64,000 bases of DNA from Parasitella parasitica NRRL 2501 (taxonomy: Eukaryota > Fungi > Mucoromycota). Position numbers and translations under genes: made by a program. The notes under the pieces were generated by a model. The model did no database searches, had not been told where the DNA came from, and saw only the letters and a program-made list of their open reading frames with translations. Every line of letters starts with the position of its first letter. Within the stretch, counting starts at the first letter, position 1. Where the stretch lies: the NCBI GenBank assembly GCA_025201805.1, contig MU619336.1:58925-122924 (forward strand). The letters are read 5' to 3'. Of this stretch, positions 1-9,945 are shown in pieces.

Positions 1-2516
1 CGTTTGTCAAGAGTCTATCAAGAGTATCCGTCGCCTCTTGGTCGCGATAGGCGATAAATATCAGGATCTTGAGACGAGATCCAATCATGCTTTCAATCAA
101 CTCTAACGACGGTTCATCTGCCAAATGTAAATCATCCAAAAACTATATATTGCACACACTGTCAGTAACTGTATGTAAAAATGCAATGGAAAAAAAAAAA
201 AAAGATCTAGTTTACCAGAGTCACCATCCGCCATTGAGCCAATGCACGAAAGACTTCAACAAATAAGTTGTGGAATCGAATGCGTGTCTCTACATTGTCT
301 AGGTGAATTTGATCTATGGGTTCTTCGGAATCTTCGCTATCAACAGGATCCAATAGAGGCCTCAATTCAGGCACCAAATCAGCCAATAACTCAATTTTAT
401 AGAATTGAGCGCCCAAGTGTGATTTAAGATGGTTGTAAAATACATGGATTTCGTCTTCTGATTCTGACAAGATTTGTTGCAAAATTTGAGAAAGTGATTT
501 CAGAATGCAACTATATGGCACTTTGTGTCTGGAGTCGAATTTGGAGATGGCCACATAACTAGATGAGAACAAAATTGAGTATATCTACCAAAAAAAAAAA
601 AAAAAAAAAAAACAAGACATCCAAATCACTTTACCCATGTTGCCTAGCAACATTTTGTACAGCATTAAATACGGTTGACTTTCCAACACCACCAGGGCCT
701 GCAATAGACACAATTTCTACACCTTGTTTGTTTGCATGCTGTCTACCATTACCGCTAGATATGTCACTTCCGTCAAAGCCGCTGCAGTAACTGGGTGAAG
801 CATTTGACTTTGTACCTGTGCCCGTTGTGCCACCCACAATACTACCTTCGTTAAATGAGAGTCTATCACTCAAGCCATCGCTCACGCTTGCATGGCTTGC
901 TTGAGGATCGCCTCCACTAGTGATGGTGCGTAGAGTAGAGCTTGTCGAATACGATTTGTCACGACGGTTTCTAATTGATTTATATACACCAGCGACGCGC
1001 TGTACGATGTAGGTCATTTCACTAATGATTCCCTGCCTCCCATATATTGTTTTGGGTAATGTAAACACCGAGGCAACGTCTCTCTCTGCTAATGGAAATG
1101 GCTTGATCACCTAAAGGACAGGAACGAGTTAATTTTGGCTGAAAAAAAAAAAAAAAAAAAAGATGAAAACCAGACTTTACTTCGACACAAGAATCGGACG
1201 CATATTTCAAACGCTTCAAGCATTCCTTTAAATCAGCACGAATCCCATTTGCGCTATTGTATCTATCATCAGGAGACTGGTCATTGTACGCAGATTAGCA
1301 CACATAATATCGTCATAAACTCAAGGTCCTATGATTGCATCCTACTTTGTTTGTCATTCTTTCAACGATGCGTGCAACCACCTCGGGTACGTCGAGTTGT
1401 ATTTCATGAATCAAAGGGACTTTGCGACTCAAGATGCCATTTAAAATCTCTAGGGGGCCGCCATCAAACGGATTTTTGCCTGTCAGTAGCACAAAGAATA
1501 CAATACCCAGCGAATAGATGTCAGATCGATGATCAGGAACATAGGTGGTGCGTCCAGTCTGTTCTGGGCTCATGTAGACCAGGAGGTTCTGCAGCATATC
1601 CATCGATTCCTTATTAGTAGCTGTCTTTCTCCAACCCTCACTTGTCAAGTATGTCTCCAAGGACTTGGTCCCTGATCCAAAATTCCACATTTTTACTCGA
1701 GAAGCATCCTCGCCTGTCCATTGGAAGGCGGATAATCTAATTTCTCCATGAACGACGTTGTTGCGATGGATGAATTCTAGGCAATCTGTACATTTGATGG
1801 CAAAGCGAAGAAACGTGCCGAGATCATAGGTCGGTCCATTGCTCGGTAATCCAGCAGACGGCAACGGTTGGTAGTAATAGGTGTCCACAGTCTCCGATTG
1901 TGCTTGTCGAAGACGTCTTTTCTCGTCATTGATGGTCGTATCGCTGCCATTGACAGATAAGCTTTTCTCGGAGCCACCCGTGTATTTGGAGGACGAATCG
2001 TCTGATTGTCTTCTGAAATTCAAGTAGTTCTGTCCTTCGTCTGCATATATTACAATAGTGATTCCGCTTGGCAAATGAATGTATTCCAATGGTCGAACTA
2101 CCGATGATGGGGAGTGTAGAATGATTTAGCACTAGAAGGCAAGGGGATAATCCAGTATCTATGGTTACCTAGAAACGATGATCCGTCGTTCAATTGATAC
2201 AGTCTCTTCATAATATAATATTCCCTCTCTAATCTTAATGAATTGGGGGATACTTTTGCGACCACAGGCTTCTTGTTTGAGATCCTGTTTACAAGGGGGG
2301 AAATCAATATATGTAGTTTGAAAGCCAATATGTATGTTGGAATCAACTGCAACTAGCATACCTATAACCGAATACGATATCTACATTTTCGCCATGGGCT
2401 AAACTAGGCACCGGGGCTGTTCTGAAATGGTAATTTGGAATTTGCAGAGCATCTCCAACTATACTAAACCCAGTAGAGTCGGTAAATGACCCTGTCGTTG
2501 ACCCAGAGTTTGACAT
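1..2516 (-). CDS. Hybrid histidine kinase, group X type (Chk1/Mak2-Mak3-like): N-terminal Ser/Thr kinase-like domain plus AAA ATPase; 5' part only, spliced, continues past the window start
   Basis: Exons give MSNSGSTTGS..., RLEREYYIMKRL, YMSPEQTGRT..DHRSDIYSLGIVFF, LPKTIYGRQ, P-loop GPGGVGKS and SKFD...PYS, the STK+AAA architecture of this family; GT-AG introns between ORF pieces. The HisKA/receiver part is not in the window. Confidence 0.85.
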
Positions 2517-2540
2517 TATGTTGAAATGAAGTATCAAGCA

Positions 2541-2814
2541 NNNNNNNNNNNNNNNNNNNNNNNNNNNNNNNNNNNNNNNNNNNNNNNNNNNNNNNNNNNN
2601 NNNNNNNNNNNNNNNNNNNNNNNNNNNNNNNNNNNNNNNNNNNNNNNNNNNNNNNNNNNNNNNNNNNNNNNNNNNNNNNNNNNNNNNNNNNNNNNNNNNN
2701 NNNNNNNNNNNNNNNNNNNNNNNNNNNNNNNNNNNNNNNNNNNNNNNNNNNNNNNNNNNNNNNNNNNNNNNNNNNNNNNNNNNNNNNNNNNNNNNNNNNN
2801 NNNNNNNNNNNNNN
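2541..2814. other. Assembly gap (run of N)
   Basis: N run; shorter N runs also lie at ~6027-6036 and ~40867-40876. Confidence 0.99.
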
Positions 2815-3069
2815 TTGGCTTGTGTTTTCATCGCAATTTTCCATTTTTAAAGGAAGGCGAGCGAGTGATAAACCGCTAAAATTATGGCGAAACCCCCAAA
2901 GGTTTGGTATACATTTCCTTTTGGTTTAGATCATTTGAGAATACTCATTCTGCTCGATATAGTACAACGCACAAAATTCTCGCCTATTAAAATAGCAATC
3001 TTTATTTAGTTAGAGATGTGGTCATTATGATATACCTAAAGAATAACATGGAATATTTTCTCTTTTTGA

Positions 3070-3739
3070 TCAATTGATGATGCCAGCACCGACAACTCGA
3101 GATTGGTCGAATTTTGCTTTTGATAATTTGAAAGTTCTCGGCATAGGATTTGCTTTCACGGTGTTGGCTATAAAATGATTCCAAAAGTCATCAATGTTAT
3201 TTTCAAATGTGTCGTTTGTGTCTGAAATGATCTGTCCAAAAAAATCAGCTCACAGGAAATCAGCACTAAAAGATTACGAAATAATACCTCTTGTCTGCCA
3301 TCTTGAACAATCTGCATTACTGTCTCTGTATTCTGTTGCTGCAGATAGCCTTCGACATTGGTGTCTTGAATGGGCTGTCGGTGCTCTTCTAAACCGCCCA
3401 AATGAATTGTGCCCAATTCCTTTATCAATATTTGTGTGTTGACTCCTCCTTGAGCCAAGAAATAGTGGCTAATAGCTCAACATTTAGTATGTTTTTGTTT
3501 TGTTTTATATGTCCGTTGTTAACGTACGCTCTGATATCAGTTTTTTCATCGCTAGCTGCTGTCTTTGCAGAGAGCTTTTGTGTTTGAGAGTTGATTTGGT
3601 TCAGTCCTCTGTCGATTGATGGCAGCTCTTGTGGGAGGATTTTACTGTTTGTAAGCTTTGATCGTTCTAAAATTTGTTTCAAAGACGCAGGTCGCTTCTC
3701 AGCAGTGTGTTTTGAAGTTTTAGTAGTAGTGCTTTTCAT
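3070..3739 (-). CDS. Nucleoporin Nic96/Nup93 N-terminal region only (~184 aa, 3 exons: 3739-3528, 3468-3288, 3231-3070)
   Basis: Spliced product contains LKQILERSKL..ELPSIDRGLNQINSQTQKL, AHYFLAQGGVN and DTNVEGYLQQ, which match the Nic96 N-terminal motifs; both introns are GT-AG and keep frame; TGA at 3070-3072. Confidence 0.75.
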
Positions 3740-3907
3740 TATGTTTGCAACGGAATCTTGGTCGCGATTAAAGGGTTATAGATATATAAAAAAAAAAAAA
3801 AAACTGTGGAATCACGCACGCAGAAGACAGTACAATCTCCAAAACGTCACAATGGATGTGTAATTTGCTCTTTTTATTCCATGATGGATATATTGACCTT
3901 GTCCATG

Positions 3908-4341
3908 TTACGGACCAATAGCACTATTATTACAGCAAATGTTAAAGTTTGATTTGAATTGTAAAGCGCTCCCCCATGAGACATTACCATTTGACAGGAT
4001 ACACCTCCCACTTTTCCCAAGCCTTGGCCTTGTAATAAGGATCCTTGACGATCATCTCGTTGACTTGCTCGGCTGATTCGGCAGACACCAGCAAAAAACT
4101 TCCCTCCATTTTGCTCGACTAGTTTGATTATATTAGCCGTCTGCTGTGCTCCTCAAAGCTGCATGACAGCAGGGTTTACCTCATGATTATCCAAAATAGC
4201 ACCACCTACTAACAATTGCTTTTCTCTTGCTGCTTTTTTGGCACCTGCTAGATGCTCTTCACGAGCAGCGAGACGGCGGCTCAGTGCTTCAGGGTCTTTG
4301 TAGTCTTGAAGCATGACCAAGAACTGATGGGTTTCTGTCAT
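3908..4341 (-). CDS. YCII (YciI)-related domain protein, 3 exons
   Basis: MTETHQFLVMLQDYKDPEALSRRLAAREEHL...GGAILDNHE / KMEGSFLLVSAESAEQVNEMIVKDPYYKAKAWEKWEVYP contains the R..HL, GGA and DPY motifs of YCII. Confidence 0.85.
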
Positions 4342-4555
4342 TGTTTCAAGTGTGAAAAAAAAAAAAAGGCTCAATTCTGGCGGAAACTCACTTTTGACAG
4401 GCGTGCAAGATAGCAGACGTCTTGACTTGAACAATATATACTTGCTATTCGCATTCAACATGATACAAACACAATAAAAATGAGGGAAAAAGTAAACAAG
4501 CTCGTGTGAAAATGAATTTGCTGGATCTCTTTTTTTTAGGGGGAGGGGAATAAAA

Positions 4556-5995
4556 TTACAAAATATATCTATAGGTGCGTTCGCCAACACGCCCTTCTGT
4601 CTCTATCCGCTTATTCAGCCTGGATAAGTGGACTCTTAGAATGGCTGCGCTGATGGCAGCAAGTAGCATGGCAGCACCATTGATCATGTTGGACCCGATG
4701 TATCTTGGTGCGTCGGACGGCCAGCCAGAATACAGTGCAAATGTACAGATTAATGCGCCAAAATTGGCCACAGACGATACGATGCCTGTTGCAGACGCAA
4801 CTGCAACCGGATCTTCCTTGGAATTGGCAGTCCATGCCATACTCTGAGCAAAAGATATACGCACACATTAGCATTTAAGGAACGCCACACGCCACACGCC
4901 ACACGCCATGCTACACTACACTATCCTACACTATCCTACACTATACTGCGGACTTACCAAAGGTACAGTAGGATAGGTTCCTCCTGCAACTACCATTAAA
5001 CCAAAATAGCGAGCTCCAACAGGCTTTGCAAAACTCAGGATGCAGAATCCCACAAACGACACACAGGATGCTCCGATTATAAACCAACTGCGGGTGTTGT
5101 AGTGGTCGCTTAGCCGGGTAACGACATAGACCATAATCATGCCAAATACAAAGGGCGGGATGCTCATCAAACTGACTTGAATCGATGTAAATGTGCCAAT
5201 CTGCTGCACAATTTTAGGCAAAAAGTAACCCAAAGAAGTAGCTGCCATGACAGGCGTAAAGTACAGCACACAAAACAGCCACACCTTAAAATCCTTGAGC
5301 TCCCCGAAAACCTGCTTCAAATCTCTCTTCATGTTGCGCTCTTCTACTGTCTCTGCTGTCTTGGCCTGCTGTGTGGATGATTCCAGTCGTCGTTTCACTC
5401 GGGCTCGTTCATCCTCGTTCAGAAAGCGGGTCGATTTCTCGGGAGTCGAAGGTAGATATATTATAGTTACAAGTCCAAATAGAAGAGATACAATACCGGA
5501 AATCAGAAACAGCCACTGCCATCCGTACAAGCCGCCTTTTGTGTCGATCAATTGAACGCCTGCTGATATGAGGCCACCCACTGCGCCAGAAGCAGGTCCA
5601 GCTAAATAAGTGACGCCAATCCTAGTGGAAATCTCCTCGGGTTTGTACCATAATGTGTTGTAAAAAGCTACATATTTTGCAGTGTTATTCAGCGTATCAT
5701 TATGATCGGTCTTTATGGACTTACTTATGCCTACGTATGTCATTATGGTTAGCAAGTTTTGCATGAATTTCTATTGTTGTTTTTGCCTACCTGGCCAAAA
5801 TCCAGCTTCAAAAACACCTAATAAAAACCGTAAAAGATAGAAATGCCATGGCTTTGATATTGCTGCCATGCACCCTGTGACGATGCTCCAAGTAATCATG
5901 ATTCGAGCAATCCATAATGCAGGGTTTACATGAGCCATCATTAAATTGGAAGGCACTTCAAAGATCTATTACATGGTGTAATTTAGCAATCCTAA

Positions 5996-6026
<31 letters not shown>

Positions 6027-6370
6027 NNNNNNNNNNTTACAATATAAGCTACGTAAAACAGACCAAGGCCAATGTTGTTTTGCTGGGCTGTTAATCCTGC
6101 TGTATCCATCAACGTATGCCCTTCATCCTTATTCATAGTCATCGCAAATCCAACATTCGAACGATCCTCGACAGATAAAAAATACAAACAAAACACCCAC
6201 GGCACAATACGCCAATCTAGTTTTTTGAGTAGCTTTTTATCTCGGTCCAAGTCTTGGTCCTCGTCCTCATCACTTGAATCAAGGATTACGACGTTTTCAG
6301 GTGTAGTTCCTGCACTACGCTGTCGAATCTCAAGCTTTGCTGGCTCGCTGTTGGTTGGAATCATGGTCAT
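4556..6370 (-). CDS. MFS transporter, Dal5/Tna1 (allantoate/nicotinate permease, ACS) family, spliced
   Basis: KLDWRIVP, DRSNVG, PSNLMM, RFLLGVFEAGFWPG, LWYKPEE..TR, GLYGWQWLFLISG, LPSTPEKSTRFLNEDER, D.P.Y..G motifs and many hydrophobic helices. Confidence 0.92.
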
Positions 6371-7510
6371 TGAGCAAAGAGCAGTTGGCTTTTTTTTTTT
6401 TTTTTGTTGTTTCACCACTATTTTTATACAGTGCTGCTAGTCACCGAGGAAATGACTTTACGCAAATTAAATGTACTGTACCATGATTGTCATCATGATG
6501 ATTATATGGCATTTGCTACTTTCACCTATGTTAGCTCCTGAATTAGCGAAGTTTGTCTGTTTAATAGCATATATTTAGCCAATTAATCGAAGTCTTAAAA
6601 TTATCATGTAGATCATATTAATAATCACAAAGTGAGTCAAGTATGGCTAATGACTTCCACCCTTCAGTTATATACACAATGAAACCCTATACCAATCAAA
6701 GAATTTATATTTACTGGATGATCTCTATAGTGTTTTTAAATTTTCAAGTAGTTCTGCATAGATGATGGAGCTTCTCTTTTTAGTGTGTGTCTTGTAGTGG
6801 GAATGATCAATAAACTATCATACTTCACCGATTAAGATGCGCTTACACAAAGAAATTTTGATAAAGCAATAGAATTTCTCAAGAGCTATAAAATCAAATC
6901 GGTATACCGTAGTATGCTGACCTTTGAACAATTAATCGATGTAATCTGAGGCCTTTGAAAGGCTGCTATTTTATGATATTAGCACTTTAAATAATGTTTG
7001 GCAACATTTCACATTGAAAGATTTTACTGCCATGGATACTTTATCTTGCGAAAAAGCAATCTATTTTACTTTGTGCATATTAGAAATATGTATAAAACCA
7101 ATTGTTACCTTGTATAACAGTTTATATTTCATCCTGTGTAAGCTCATTGGAAGCATAAATATGCTCTAACTGCGATTATATCAATAGTAAGTTCCTTTAC
7201 TGATGCCCCCATCCTTACTGGTTCTTCCGTTGGCTCCCCCATTCTAACATTAGGAGCAGACTGTCTGATTTTAGGATAAAATAATTTGATAAAACGAACT
7301 TTGATAATAACAAAAGTAAGTTTTGCTTGAATGATGAAGAACATGGTGAAGAACAATTGAACTGGCTACAAGCGATCTCAAGACAAGTTCTACGTGCAAG
7401 CTACTATGTCAGATTACAATACCTTAGAATTTACAAAGCACAACTCGCATATGTTTTGTGATTTGCGCTTTTATTTAACGGGTTGATTGTCCCTTTTCGT
7501 AAAAAAAAAA

Positions 7511-7765
7511 AAGTACAATAAGCCTTGGGCTATTGTCTTGGAAGAGACCTTTATTTAAATTGTACACAATAACCACATTCTACTGCAGGTTCATAGAACA
7601 TTGTTATAAATACAATAAAGCATACTATCAGCTCATTCATATCATGAGATCATTCATAAAGCACCACAATAAATACAATAAAACGTACTAGAGCTCTTTC
7701 ATATCAGAAGCCTTATTTATTAATATACAATAAACCAGAGTTACATTTGAAAAGTATAAATACGA
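7511..7765 (+). promoter_or_regulatory. Promoter of orphan gene: ACAATAA motif cluster, imperfect tandem repeats and TATA box
   Basis: ACAATAA at ~7515, 7566, 7612, 7666, 7675 and 7727; unit TAAATACAATAAA..TACTA..AGCTC.TTCATATCA occurs twice (~7607, ~7670); TATAAATA at ~7755, about 70 bp before the ATG. Confidence 0.5.
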
Positions 7766-7826
7766 GTGCTATTAATTCAGTTTTTCCCCCATCTTAAACA
7801 CTCAATTACTCCCAATATCAACAACA

Positions 7827-9494
7827 ATGGTTCAAGAAAAAATATTCACTGGACTTGCTGCTTTGGACGAACACATCGAATTGCAAACTAAATCGAAACC
7901 TTTACGACTTTACAAGCCTGATCTTTCTGACGATCTCGATCCGAGCGAATGGGTTTCCATCCACGAATACGAGTTAATTAAATTCATTTCAAAGGACTCA
8001 CACCACAGCAATGTGATTACTCCACAAATGTTAAGTACATTAAAAGAATTGCGACTTAGCAACCCTGATCTTCCGCCTTTTTGCAACTGTTACGAAATTG
8101 AAGATTTGCCCGATTTTCCTGTTGAATTTTCGGATGAAGAAGTTGAAGAATTAAGAGCTCGGGACAAACGAGATAAAGCATACCACATTACTATGTTGTA
8201 CGAGAATAAGCCAGAAGAATTGGATCTATGTGAACTTAAACTTTCGGACAATGGCGACTATATTAAATTTATCAAGCCACACGTGGGCATTGAATGCCTT
8301 GGACTATACCAGCCCGTCAACTTGACTGCTTCTTCGCTTGAGTATTTCTTACAGAAACTACTAGGGTTGACATCCATCAAACTTGAAATAAGCTCTTCTA
8401 ATGATGCTGAATTGCAAACAGAAAAGCCTACTAATTGGAACAGCCTAATCACCGATTTTTGCAAGCGTCTCAAGGATTTTGAGGAATGCAAAATTGTGAT
8501 CAATTGCTCCGATTTTGAAGATTATTTGAGTCAAGTTAAAAATTGGGTCAAGGTTTTAAACGAAGTTGCTGGTTTGAACAAGAAAGGAGTTCCAAGCTCA
8601 ACACTTCTATTTACAGAAGGCAGTAAAGAGAATGAATATTTTATTATAATGGAGCAAAATGGTTCGTGTGTCATGTTTGTCATACCTAACTGCGTTGAAG
8701 ACAAAAGCATCCAACAAGTCATTGAATCTACAAAACCATTTTCACCCAAGGGCATCCTTATATCCTATCCAGAGAACTCTAGCTTTCCAGACAACTCTAG
8801 CTTTTTTGAAAAGTTTATAGACACGGTCAAGGGCTTTCGTCAAAAATCAGCTACAACCTCTTTGTCCGAGTTCGCCAAAAGCTGTATCAAACCATTAAAG
8901 CTTGATGATATCAGGATTTTCGACGAGAAGTTCTATAAAAAATTGAATTCCAAATCTGATAAGCCAAAAGCTAAAACTGGACACCAAACTACTTTGAATG
9001 ATGTTGTCTCTATGATCAACTATGGCGCTAAAATTTTACACTTGTCTAACCTTGATTTCTCTTGCCCCTCATTCAATGATCGAGAAATCAGCGAAAAAGA
9101 AAGTCCTGTAGATATCGATCAAATTTGTTTTGTAAACTGTGTGATTGATCCGTTGACATTTGGTGAAATGTTGTCAGCAATAGCAAAAACTGATAATTTG
9201 GTATTTGTTAATTGTACTTTCATGGCGCAATCTTGTAACAAACTCGAATTTGACTTCGAGAGAACAAATGTAAATAATTTACTATTGTTTCAGCCACGAG
9301 TAGTTTACAATGACAGCACTCCAGTTGCCCCAACTAATTGCCATAAATATGAATATAACGTAACTAAGGATGGCCTTCTTTGCCGAGAAACCTCTAGCGA
9401 ATTCCTCATTTCGATCCGATTCCATGATTGGAAAAAGTTTTCTTTTTATATGGATGAGGAAGTCATGCATTATGAGGAGGACGAAGAGCACTAA
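7827..9494 (+). CDS. Intronless orphan protein, 555 aa, with degenerate LRR-like beta-strand repeats
   Basis: Uninterrupted ORF with good ATG context (ACAACAATGG), TATA upstream and AATAAA downstream; intact paralogue at 34156-35805; periodic xLxLxx/IxFxNC strands. Confidence 0.85.
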   Translation: MVQEKIFTGLAALDEHIELQTKSKPLRLYKPDLSDDLDPSEWVSIHEYELIKFISKDSHHSNVITPQMLSTLKELRLSNPDLPPFCNCYEIEDLPDFPVEFSDEEVEELRARDKRDKAYHITMLYENKPEELDLCELKLSDNGDYIKFIKPHVGIECLGLYQPVNLTASSLEYFLQKLLGLTSIKLEISSSNDAELQTEKPTNWNSLITDFCKRLKDFEECKIVINCSDFEDYLSQVKNWVKVLNEVAGLNKKGVPSSTLLFTEGSKENEYFIIMEQNGSCVMFVIPNCVEDKSIQQVIESTKPFSPKGILISYPENSSFPDNSSFFEKFIDTVKGFRQKSATTSLSEFAKSCIKPLKLDDIRIFDEKFYKKLNSKSDKPKAKTGHQTTLNDVVSMINYGAKILHLSNLDFSCPSFNDREISEKESPVDIDQICFVNCVIDPLTFGEMLSAIAKTDNLVFVNCTFMAQSCNKLEFDFERTNVNNLLLFQPRVVYNDSTPVAPTNCHKYEYNVTKDGLLCRETSSEFLISIRFHDWKKFSFYMDEEVMHYEEDEEH

Positions 9495-9945
9495 CTTTAT
9501 GTAACCTAACCTCCTCAAAGCAATAGAGATTTAAAATAGTCTCTTTTTATATGTCTATGGTATAACTTTTATATGCATCTTTCCTTTGAAGTAAGATATG
9601 CCTTTCCAAGTTTATGAATAAACAGCTTTATTTTTATGCAAAATTATTACCTTATTCTTTGATATTTTCAAACCTTGCAAGAAATGCAACCTAGCCGATT
9701 GTCGTGTGTAGCAGTAGATAAAAATTCTCTATTTGATATATTGCTTTTAAATCAGCTAAATAGAACAACTAGTTCGATTGCCATTGGAAATTAGTCCTTA
9801 CTACTTCTTCTTTCTTTAGATGGCATTGCAATTGGATCAATACGATGCAAGACCTCAAAATAAATAAACCAACTGGATCATGTCATTGACGACGCAAATA
9901 GCAACACCCCTTCCGAAAGCCCTCTGGACAGTTACCAAATGCTAA

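Larger units (their letters stand above)
6727..9945 (+). repeat. Copy 1 of a ~3.2 kb duplicated cassette (inverted relative to 33706-36907)
   Basis: Sequence from ATAGTGTTTTTAAATTTTCAAG to GTTACCAAATGCTAA is the reverse complement of 33706-36907 with few non-coding differences; similarity stops abruptly at both ends. Confidence 0.95.

Noticed and set aside
2343-2879. ORFs running through the N gap
   Set aside because: These are artefacts of unknown bases.
4884-4945. GCCACAC and CTACACTA short tandem repeats
   Set aside because: Simple intronic repeats within the MFS gene; no sign of further function.
7144-7356. 70-aa antisense ORF kept in both cassette copies (also 36277-36489)
   Set aside because: It opens at a TTG codon, and conservation is expected from recent duplication; there is no independent coding evidence.
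7590-7740. Repeat cluster as a CRISPR-like array
   Set aside because: Eukaryotic context, only two or three imperfect units, no regular spacers and no cas genes.
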